A DNA stretch of 64,000 nt from Candidatus Auribacterota bacterium. Lineage in GTDB: Bacteria > Auribacterota > Tritonobacteria > UBA1439. Made by a program: the position numbers and the translations under genes. The notes beneath the pieces are model-generated. The model did not search any database. It was not told the origin of the DNA and was given only the letters and a program-made list of their open reading frames with translations. Shown here piece by piece: positions 9,434 through 17,870 of the stretch; position 1 is the stretch's first letter, and each line of letters begins with the position of its first letter. The DNA is taken from NCBI GenBank assembly GCA_026392015.1, contig JAPLCW010000174.1, forward strand, positions 1-64,000, written 5' to 3'.

Positions 9434-10315
9434 ATGACAGGAGCACCGAGGATCGGGATAATCGGCGGGAGCGGGCTCTACCAGATGGCGGAGATAGGGG
9501 GTCTGCGCGAGGAGCGCGTCGAGACTCCATTCGGCTCGCCCTCTGATCGCTATACCCTTGGGACATTGGCCGGACGGGAGGTTGTTTTCCTCCCCCGACA
9601 CGGCCCAGGACACCGCCTCATGCCGACGGATATCAACTACCGCGCGAATATTTTCGGGATGAAGAAGCTCGGCGTGGGCTGGATTATCGCGGTGAGCGCC
9701 GTGGGGAGCCTCCAGGAGCGTTACAGGCCGCTCGACATCGTCATCGTGGATCAGTTTTTCGATAGAACAAGCAAGAGACACTCAACCTTTTTCGAAGAGG
9801 GGCTCGTGGCGCACATCGCGTTCGCCGATCCCATCTGCGGGGCGCTCGCGCGCATCCTCTACGACGCCGGGAAGGAGATTGGCGCTCCCCTGCACATGGG
9901 AGGCACGTACGTAAATATGGAAGGTCCCGCCTTTTCGACAAAAGCGGAGGCTGCGGTATATCGCGCCATGGGGCTCGACCTCATCGGCATGACCAATCTC
10001 ACCGAGGCGAAACTCGCGCGTGAGGCGGAGATCTGCTATGCGACGATCGCGATGGTCACCGACTACGACTGCTGGCATCCCGAGCATGAGGCGGTAACTG
10101 TGGAGACCGTAGTCCGCAACCTCCGGAAGAACGCTGCGACTGCCACACAGTTGATCCTGAAGGCGATCAAGAAAGTGCCCCATCGGCAAAACTGCCCCTG
10201 CGCCAGCGCCCTTGCGGCAGCAATTATCACACAGCGCGACACGATACCGCCTGAAATCGTACTGAAGCTCCAGCCTCTCGTGGGGAAGTATTTGATGCCC
10301 GGGCAAAAAGCCTGA
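9434..10315 (+). CDS. mtnP: S-methyl-5'-thioadenosine phosphorylase (PNP family 2)
   Basis: RIGIIGGSGLY, FLPRHGPGH and INYRANIF motifs, then the CWHPEHEAVTVE region typical of MTAP. ATG at 9434 chosen by homology (the ORF-track start at 9323 adds a non-homologous leader). Confidence 0.85.
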   Translation: MTGAPRIGIIGGSGLYQMAEIGGLREERVETPFGSPSDRYTLGTLAGREVVFLPRHGPGHRLMPTDINYRANIFGMKKLGVGWIIAVSAVGSLQERYRPLDIVIVDQFFDRTSKRHSTFFEEGLVAHIAFADPICGALARILYDAGKEIGAPLHMGGTYVNMEGPAFSTKAEAAVYRAMGLDLIGMTNLTEAKLAREAEICYATIAMVTDYDCWHPEHEAVTVETVVRNLRKNAATATQLILKAIKKVPHRQNCPCASALAAAIITQRDTIPPEIVLKLQPLVGKYLMPGQKA

Positions 10316-10366
10316 AATCTGATGGGATAAAAGCCGTTTTCCGGTTTACTGCGAAAAAGGGCTTTC

Positions 10367-11002
10367 CTACTTGCCGAAGGAACTGATGCTGGTACCGGCG
10401 CTCCCGCTCGTGCTCGGGGATGAGGATGCGGTCGTGGGCGCAGAAGCGCTTGTGCCTTCGGAGCCGGCCCCCTGAGACGACGATGTTCCTCCTCGTGAAC
10501 CTTCCTTAGTCTTGCTGCGTTCATCAGACCGTTTGCGCCGTTCTTCCACGCCGCCCTTCTTTGCTATCTTTCCCGCGGCCTTGCCGCGAGCAGTGCCCGG
10601 GCGCGCGCCTCCCGGTCCCTTGGCGGCCTTGGGGCCCGGAGCGCTACCGCTGTAATAGACAGGCTCAAATGCCCGCCCGGGGTTTTGCACCCCCCCACCC
10701 TGGAAGAGCTTCCGGTTTTCCACATCAGAAGATTTGCTTATCGATTGAATGGCCCCGCGGCTCAGGAAGGTGGTGACGACCTTCCCCTTGTGGGGCATCC
10801 TGACCTTGACAAGGTTCTGCATCTCCTTGATTACCTTGCACGTGATGGTTCCTCCGTTCTTCAGCGTGATTGTGTCTGAGGAGGCACTGAGAATGAAGGC
10901 GAGGAGGACGGAGATTATGCATAGCGGGATAAAAGCCAGCCATGTGCGCCGCGCATGAATCGTCATGCCTCGATATAAAAGGGACAGTCTCATAAATCTC
11001 AT
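10367..11002 (-). CDS. Hypothetical secreted / membrane-anchored protein with low-complexity G/S/T/A-rich C-terminus
   Basis: Hydrophobic N-terminal segment (WLAFIPLCIISVLLAFIL), then a low-complexity tail. Weak call. Confidence 0.3.
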   Translation of the reverse strand: MRFMRLSLLYRGMTIHARRTWLAFIPLCIISVLLAFILSASSDTITLKNGGTITCKVIKEMQNLVKVRMPHKGKVVTTFLSRGAIQSISKSSDVENRKLFQGGGVQNPGRAFEPVYYSGSAPGPKAAKGPGGARPGTARGKAAGKIAKKGGVEERRKRSDERSKTKEGSRGGTSSSQGAGSEGTSASAPTTASSSPSTSGSAGTSISSFGK

Positions 11003-11770
11003 TTAATAATTGCAGTCACTGAGAATACCGGATCACAGTTTTATTCCTGTAGAACCGATTCCCCAAATGACCTCAAATATAATACTAGTATACTACATAT
11101 ATCCGGCATTTCCCATGTAAAGATCGGTCTCTGTGTAATGGGTCACTTATGGATACCCCCCAAGACTGACCCATTACGCTTAAAGATATGGCGGGCAGCC
11201 TATCTCCCCGGAAGGCAATTGAGCTTTTTCGCAGCATTAAGCTTGTTGAAGTATGGTTCGATACTATTGATGGACGGCGGATTTGTCTTCCGCGGATCAC
11301 GATGCCCGAACCTGACCATCAAGTAGTTCTGGAGCAGTTCAAATGGAATTTGCCCGAACAACCACCTCCGCGCATTTATACACGGAGGGAAGGTCATGTA
11401 AGAAATGTGTGGGAGATTCGAAGTTAAAATGCCCTCCTTTCCTATGAAAGCTGGGCTTCTATGCAAAATCTGCGAAAGTCGGGTTAGGATTGAACACGCA
11501 AGGTGAAGTCTTGCGAGTCGAAGTCCCTCCCCCATCCCCGCTCCCATCACTCCTATTGGATAGTGAACTTCGCTCTCACGTCGAGGAACGCATCCGCCCG
11601 CCCTGTAATCGGCTTCAAGGGGTCGAAGAACGCGAACGCCGCGACGACCTCGTACTACCCGACGGGCTTCACGTTCGGCCGGAGAGCGAGGGCGTCGAGC
11701 ATGAACCCGTCCGGGAGGATAACGACCGGCTCCGCGAGGGGCAGCATGGGGCAAATTGCCCAAGTTACGA

Positions 11771-12333
11771 CTAATCGCCCCCTCGAACGGCCCGCACTAA
11801 ATGAACATCGGTCTTATGGCCGAGGTACGTCACCCAGCCGTAGTCGAAAAGCGCCAGAAAAGCGTCGCCGCCAGTGGCAGGGGGGGGAGTCGTAGTAGAG
11901 CACCAATAGCCGCCCGCGCCCGAGACCGTGTCTGGGAAGTACGTTTTGTTGATGTAAGGGAGCCCCTGACCTGCATCGCACACAAACAACGTACTCAGCT
12001 CGTTTACGTTCGGCAAGCGCCAGTCGGTAGAACCGGCGAAGTTCAGCCCCTCCGCCCAGACAATCGCACTCGACCATACGAGTTGACCTCCGGTGTTGCA
12101 ACCGGCGCCCGTTCCGCTCTTCGGCCAGATAAGACCGGTCACCATGTCGACCACGGTGTCACCGTTGTCATAGTAACTGAATGCCTTTCCCTTAGTGGAC
12201 GAGTAACTGCCGTCATCTCCCGTCTGGTACACCGCCGTCTGGCCGGTCTTGAGGACGGCATTGGCGGCAATGGCCATACCGGCCACACCGACCGCGCATA
12301 TCAAACCCAAAACTGCCATCATCAACTTTTTCA
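11771..12333 (-). CDS. Secreted DUF1566 (Lcl C-terminal domain) protein
   Basis: Signal peptide MKKLMMAVLGL...AIA, then KTGQTAVYQTGDDG...DWRLPNVNEL...VRAVRGGD. Start placed at the MKK ATG with an AGGA RBS. Confidence 0.65.
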
Positions 12334-12394
12334 TCTTTTCAACCATCCTTTCATGTTTCACCGCTAAAATTACGTCAAATTGCCCAAGTTACGA

Positions 12395-13234
12395 CTAATC
12401 GCCCCCTCGAACGGCCCGCACATAATAGCTACGGGTCTTTTCGATGCTGCCCACGAAGCCGAGGTAGAAGTTCGGGCTCAAAGCGTACGTCGTACGGTTC
12501 GGCTCCGTAGTAGAGGACCAATAACCGCTCGTTGTCGTGTCTGGGAAGTACGTCTTGTTGATGCGAGGGGCCCCCCCATCGAGCACAAGCAACGTCTGCA
12601 GCTCAGTTTTGTTCGGCAAGCGCCAGTCGGTAGAACCGGCGAAGTTCAGCCCCTCCGCCCAGACAATCGCACTCGACCATACGAGTTGACCATTTGAATT
12701 GCATCCTGCGCCAGTTCCACTCGAGGGCCATATCAAACCTGTGACGTTGTCCATCACCGTATCCGTGCTGGAATCCCAGGCATAACTAAATGCCTTACCC
12801 TTGCTGGTAGAGTAAGTGCCGTCATCTCCCGTCTGGTACACCGCCGTCTGGCCGGTCTTAAAAACAGTATTATAAGGAGCCGCAAAAGTGCCTGTCTGAA
12901 CTCCCCATCTTCCTGACTGCGTGCTGAAGAACTTCGTGCCACTCGCTACTTTGTCGGCAGTCGCGTCGCACAGGTCAAACTTCGTTTTGACATCATCGCC
13001 AATCTGTTTCGCGCTCTTCATGGTACCGACCGTTGGCCCTGATGCGGGTCCCTGAAAACTGGTCTGCACTGTGAGCGCTGTGCCGCTAGTGAGATAATCG
13101 TACAGGTTTTGGAGCGTGTACATCCCGCTCCCCTCCGAAGGCGCTCCCGGAGAGTCAAGGCTCCCCGCAACGGCTATCCCGGCCATCGCGCCCGCGAACA
13201 TTAGACTTAAAACTGCTATCGTCAACTTTTTCAT
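12395..13234 (-). CDS. Secreted DUF1566 protein, tandem paralog with an extra ~90-aa N-terminal region
   Basis: Signal peptide MKKLTIAVLSL, then the same KTGQTAVYQTGDDG...DWRLPNKTEL...VRAVRGGD core. The last 9 codons plus 19 nt of 3' UTR are identical to 11771-12333. Confidence 0.65.
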   Translation of the reverse strand: MKKLTIAVLSLMFAGAMAGIAVAGSLDSPGAPSEGSGMYTLQNLYDYLTSGTALTVQTSFQGPASGPTVGTMKSAKQIGDDVKTKFDLCDATADKVASGTKFFSTQSGRWGVQTGTFAAPYNTVFKTGQTAVYQTGDDGTYSTSKGKAFSYAWDSSTDTVMDNVTGLIWPSSGTGAGCNSNGQLVWSSAIVWAEGLNFAGSTDWRLPNKTELQTLLVLDGGAPRINKTYFPDTTTSGYWSSTTEPNRTTYALSPNFYLGFVGSIEKTRSYYVRAVRGGD

Positions 13235-13446
13235 CTGTCCAACCATCCTTTCATTTTTTGCTTCCCCATTCCATGCTGCCGAAGTGGTATATCACTCTAT
13301 CGGGAATCATACTATCACCCATGGGGGGGATGTCCAACCAAATTAAATGTCCCCTTGATCACTCCCTCTCCCCCCATTCATGAGGCTGTCTCAAAACTCG
13401 TTACAAAACGATGGCAATAGCACTCTTGTCCAAAATAGCGTTTTTG

Positions 13447-14818
13447 GACAGCATCCCACATCATGCGATGTTTAACCATGATGCCAAAATGCAGTAGAAA
13501 AGCCAATTTGGGGGCATTTCCCCAGCTTTTGATCTCTGGAACCGAACCGGTAGTATCTTGGACAGCATTTTGAGGCCTCAAAATGAATCATGCAGAGATT
13601 TGTCTTAAACGGCCTATTTCTCTCACAATACGCGCATGACAATCACCAAACTAATTTATTTTGGACAGATGTGTGGCAATAGGATAAAATAAAGCCGGAG
13701 GCGAGCCAAAGGAGAGAGATATGAGATATGCGCAGATTACCAGCAGATGTACCTATTGCCACCTGCGTTGGAGAATTTTGTACCGCGAGATCATCCAGCG
13801 ATGTTGCTACGGGAGTTTGTGGATTCTCTGGACTTACTTGGATTGGGTTTTAAGGCCCGGGAAGCAGAGGAGGGACGTCCATATTATGGAGAAAGTTTAT
13901 TGCTGAAGGTATGGTTATATGGATACTTCAACGGGATACGAAGTAGTCGGAAACTTGAAAAAGAGAACAAGGAGAATATAGGGCTTATCTGGTTAACGGG
14001 GATGCATTATCCAGATCATAACACACTGTGGCGGTTTTACCAGAGGAACCAGAAGGCGCTCAAGAGTCTGTTTAAAGAAGCGGTACAAATAGCAGTGAAG
14101 GGTGGGTTAGTAAGGATGGTAGTCAACGCGGTAGACGGGACAAAGATCATGGCAGATGTGTCACAGAGGAGCGGGATACATCGAAAGAAGTTGGAAGAGA
14201 TATTACGGAGGATAGACGAGTCAGTGGATGAAGTATGTAGCGAGATAGAGAGAGCGGAAGAAGATGAAGCCGGAGAGGAATATGGGTTGCCTCTGGAGCT
14301 TCAGGAGAGGAAGAAGCTCCGGGCATTCATTGAGGGAGAACTAAAGGAGCTAAAAGAGAGAGGGACATCTAATCTGAGCAAGACGGACAAGGATGCTCGA
14401 ATGATGAAGGGGAATGAGTGGATACGGGCTATCTGGGGGACTCCCGCAAAATATGTTGCAGTATCAATGCGGAATGCTCCTGTCCATACCTGCCCATGGC
14501 TCGATGCCTCAAACGCCAGCAGCATCGCGCCAAACATTTTACTCAACATACCACAATAACCGCTTTTTTTCATATCGCGCATTCTCCCCATGTGCCATTA
14601 CAGTGTCTGAAAATATGACAGCTCGTGTTCAGCCGCGTCCGTTCCCGCCTCTGCGGAATGTTCTCCTATTTAATCATGAGCGTCTCCCCGGCGATCGAGC
14701 CCATCACTTTCCCCTTGTTGTCCTGGAGAGCATTTTCTCATGGGGCTTGACCGATTAGCCTCGCTTCAACCCTCACAGATAAATAGACTAGCAAAAACCG
14801 TACCAAACAGTATGGATC
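13447..14818. mobile_element. Degraded IS5/IS1182-family insertion sequence (putative)
   Basis: TTTTGGACAG motif at 13447 and 13657, and its reverse complement CTGTCCAAAA at 14809, bracket a truncated transposase ORF. Boundaries are uncertain. Confidence 0.35.
13747..14559 (+). pseudogene. IS5/IS1182-family transposase, C-terminally truncated
   Basis: N-terminal InsH/DUF772-like region (LLLKVWLYGYFNGIRSSRKLEKE). It reads through DKDARMMKGNE and then leaves the family frame. No DDE catalytic region is present. Confidence 0.6.
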
Positions 14819-15038
14819 TGTCCAAAAAAGGATAATATCTTCTATCATCTGTCATGCAATAGGTTATGAAAGAGAATAATGCCCGGGTAGTTCTAGGCCC
14901 TAGGGATAAGAAATGGAAACTGTTCAATTTCTGAACACTGGTGTTCGATAATTGAACAGTTCCGCAGGTTATATCGGAATGGACTGTGGTAAATGAAAAT
15001 TCAGTATTGTTGGATGGTAAATTTGGCTAAACCTATGA

Positions 15039-16154
15039 TCAACGCCGAGAGAGGAGCATTCTCAGGAGCACGGAAGGGCGAAGGAGGAGCAGGGTGCGCG
15101 TGTTACACTCGTGCGTACAGACGCAGCGCTTCTCACGGCGCAACGCGACGAATTCCCTCGCCCGGGCGCCGGCCAGCAGTTTTTTAAGGTCAAACCCGAA
15201 ATCGCGGACATTCCCGAGAGAGCGATTGAACATCAGCTCGCACGGGAACACTTCTCCATCCTCGGAGAGGACTACCTCACGCTCCCCGGCCAGGCAGGGG
15301 GCGATGAACTTCCCCTCCCTCCAGACACGGGCGATGTAGCGAGTGCGGGCTTTGTTCATCCTGTCGCGCACGCGGCGCTTCAGGGCACGGGCGGAGTGGA
15401 GGGCCCTCTCGCCCTTCCCGCGATAGAGCGTGTCCAGTTTTTCGCAGAGCGCCGTGTAGATCTCCGGCGTCACATCAGGGGGCCGCGCCGCGGGGCCGCC
15501 GCCTCGCCAGAGGTTGAGTGTGTGCGAATCGGGATGAATCTCCTTGAACACAAAGTCGATGAGCCGGTCCAGTTCCCCCTGGTTCTCGCGCATGAGCGTT
15601 GTGATGACACCCACGTACAGATTCCCATACCTGCGCTGAAGATCCTGAGCGCCTGCGAGCGTGCGCAGCGCCCGCGCGTGGATGCCCGAGACGCCGCGGA
15701 GGCTGTCGTGGAGCTCGCCGAAGCCGTCCAGTGAGACCGAGAGACTGCACGAGAGATTTGGCGAGATCGCGCAGATGCGCTCTACCGCGCCGAGGATCTC
15801 CTCCGTCCTCAGACCGTTCGTCGGAATGGAGATATTACCGAACGATGTCTCCCTGAAATAGGCCTCCACGACCTCCGGCAGATCCCTCCGCAAGAACGGC
15901 TCACCGCCGCTCAGGAGGAGAAAAGGGAGCTTGCCGATGGAATGGGCGATCTTACGGATTTCATCCAGGGTGAGCTCGCGGGTGCGCCTGTTTACCGTAT
16001 AGAAGCAATGAGCGCAGCGCGCATCGCACGCAGCGGTGACAAAGTGCGTGAGCTGGAAGAGACCGCGGCCCGGAAGAAACGCCTTTCCAATCATGCCGAT
16101 GGCTCCCGTGAGCGGGTTAACAGACTTAAAATCCTTTTTCACATCCCTCCTCAC
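15039..16154 (-). CDS. Radical SAM protein with C-terminal Cys-rich (SPASM/twitch-like) region
   Basis: CDARCAHC (CxxxCxxC) cluster near the N-terminus, and a GGEPFL SAM-binding motif. C-terminal cysteines (PCLAGE, FPCELM, CVCTHEC). Confidence 0.75.
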   Translation of the reverse strand: MRRDVKKDFKSVNPLTGAIGMIGKAFLPGRGLFQLTHFVTAACDARCAHCFYTVNRRTRELTLDEIRKIAHSIGKLPFLLLSGGEPFLRRDLPEVVEAYFRETSFGNISIPTNGLRTEEILGAVERICAISPNLSCSLSVSLDGFGELHDSLRGVSGIHARALRTLAGAQDLQRRYGNLYVGVITTLMRENQGELDRLIDFVFKEIHPDSHTLNLWRGGGPAARPPDVTPEIYTALCEKLDTLYRGKGERALHSARALKRRVRDRMNKARTRYIARVWREGKFIAPCLAGEREVVLSEDGEVFPCELMFNRSLGNVRDFGFDLKKLLAGARAREFVALRREKRCVCTHECNTRTLLLLRPSVLLRMLLSRR

Positions 16155-16803
16155 CTCCCCCTTCGCGGGGGGAGGGAATTATATTTATTTTGCCACACAA
16201 AATGCAGGAGAAGCATTAACCTGATCTATTCACCAGCTTTTAATGTTTTAACCGCGGATTAAGCGGATTACGCTGATTTGCATTGTTTAATCCGCCCAAT
16301 CCGCGAAATCTGCGGTTTCATATGTTTGGCCGTTAAAATTGCTCTTTTATTCGTCTGCTGAATAATCCAGGCTAAGCTGCTCTATTCATCAACCCGAGAT
16401 TAGCATTATCCGAATATTCGCAACATATTGCATTGCAGGGGATTGATCCTTCGGCAAGCTCAGGACAAGTTTTATCAAGCCCGTTCTCAACCCGGGTTCG
16501 ATAAATCAAACCCCTACATTACGCAGATGAATAGTCCAAGCTAAACCTTATCCCCATCCTTCCTCGCCAAAGACGAGCGAGCGTGAGGCTTGTCCGCCTT
16601 GGGCGGAGGAAGGGTCAAGGCGGGGTGTTTGTTGCGAAGTATGCCATTCTTGCACTTCGACTACGCTCAGTGCAAATTCGAGCAGAAATCCAGATTCCAT
16701 ACAGGATCCCCGCCTGCCTGCGCGAAGCCGCTTCGGCATAGGCAGGCTTCCTCGGGGATGACAATTGAACTGAACACCACCACAAGACTGACGTATTACT
16801 ACA

Positions 16804-17676
16804 CTATTTTTTCCCATAGCCGACACAACTTCGCCCTTTGAGTATCCCGGCCGTGCGGCAGATCTCGCCCACAGCTATGAGTGGTAACAAAACTATAAAC
16901 TGAACGAACCGCCGGGTAAACAGATATCGCCTGAAGAGAACTAAGAGGCGCGGCATGAAGAAGAGGAGGACCGGGTGACGCAGGAGCACACTCCCCCGCA
17001 GGGTAAATCGGGTGCGCGCGTAGACGAAGGCAAGCCCGCAGCGATATTGGTTCCGGAAAAAAGAAACGAGTCCCCGGCGCGCAGGAGCATGTGTCACGAT
17101 GATCGCGGGGTCGAAGATGAGGGTTCCGCCGCGCGCGGCGATCTCCGCATTGAATGTGGTGTCTTCCCCCGCTGTCGTCGGGATGAAATCAATCCCACGA
17201 ATGGCCTCCCGCCTGTACGCAACATTCAATGTCGGGATTGTTGAGACGGGTCCCGGCCTGGCCGATGGAATGAATTCCGAAAAGTTGGACAGGTACTCGA
17301 GTCTCCCGGAAATTCCGTTCGATCCGTCGAGGATGGCGCCCCCGACGCCGGCGGCGTCAGGATTGCGCGTGAACACCTGCTGGATTTTTTCCAGCCAATC
17401 ATCATAAGGTATCGCGTCCGCGTCGGTGAATGCGATGATATCCCCCTGGGCGCGCGCTTTTCCCACATTTCGCGCTTCTCCCGCGGAGAGAGGCATGGCG
17501 GAAGCGACGACCTTGACCGGGAAGCGCGCAGCGACTTCTCGCGAGCCATCCTCGGAGGCCCCATCCACCACGATGACGTCAAGCGGTTTCACCGTCTGCC
17601 GTCCGATCGCCTCGAGGCACGCCCCAATCGTCCCCGCCGCATTCCGGCAGGGGATCACAACACTGACGGTGTTCAT
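16804..17676 (-). CDS. Family 2 glycosyltransferase (GT-A fold)
   Basis: VSVVIPCRNAAGTIGACLEAI, DVIVVDGASEDGS and FTDADAIP (DxD) motifs. Start trimmed to MNTVSV; the ORF-track N-terminus (YRIQNTE)n is only translation of the heptamer tract. Confidence 0.75.
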   Translation of the reverse strand: MNTVSVVIPCRNAAGTIGACLEAIGRQTVKPLDVIVVDGASEDGSREVAARFPVKVVASAMPLSAGEARNVGKARAQGDIIAFTDADAIPYDDWLEKIQQVFTRNPDAAGVGGAILDGSNGISGRLEYLSNFSEFIPSARPGPVSTIPTLNVAYRREAIRGIDFIPTTAGEDTTFNAEIAARGGTLIFDPAIIVTHAPARRGLVSFFRNQYRCGLAFVYARTRFTLRGSVLLRHPVLLFFMPRLLVLFRRYLFTRRFVQFIVLLPLIAVGEICRTAGILKGRSCVGYGKK

Positions 17677-17723
17677 GCTGAAAAACCCTACCATATCTGT
17701 TGCTTTTTCGATATCCCTTTGTA

Positions 17724-17857
17724 TATTCTGTATTCTGTATTCTGTATTCTGTATTCTGTATTCTGTATTCTGTATTCTGTATTCTGTATTCTGTATTCTG
17801 TATTCTGTATTCTGTATTCTGTATTCTGTATTCTGTATTCTGTATTCTGTATTCTGT
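17724..17857. repeat. Perfect heptanucleotide tandem tract (TATTCTG)n, ~19 copies
   Basis: Read directly in the sequence. It lies in the intergenic region between the divergent GT2 (minus) and GT39-like (plus) genes. Confidence 0.9.
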
Positions 17858-17870
17858 ATACGCCCTGCCA

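Noticed and set aside
11200-11763. 187-aa Arg-rich minus-strand ORF and overlapping plus ORFs in the 11.0-11.8 kb region
   Set aside because: There is no homology, codon usage is biased, and they are embedded in repeat-derived sequence. The region is treated as non-coding, and it contains the solo-end mini element.
16480-16520. GGGTTCGATAAATCAAACCCC-type segments resembling tRNA T-arm/acceptor sequence (also at 19670 and 30285)
   Set aside because: They are perfect hairpins inside the TGTAGGGG...CCCCTACA repeat family, with no D-arm or anticodon arm context. No tRNA genes could be supported anywhere in the window.
17724-17857. Possible CRISPR array (regular short repeats), together with the heptamer-rich MITE arms
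   Set aside because: Units are 7 nt with no spacers. The MITE copies are palindromic single elements, not repeat-spacer arrays.
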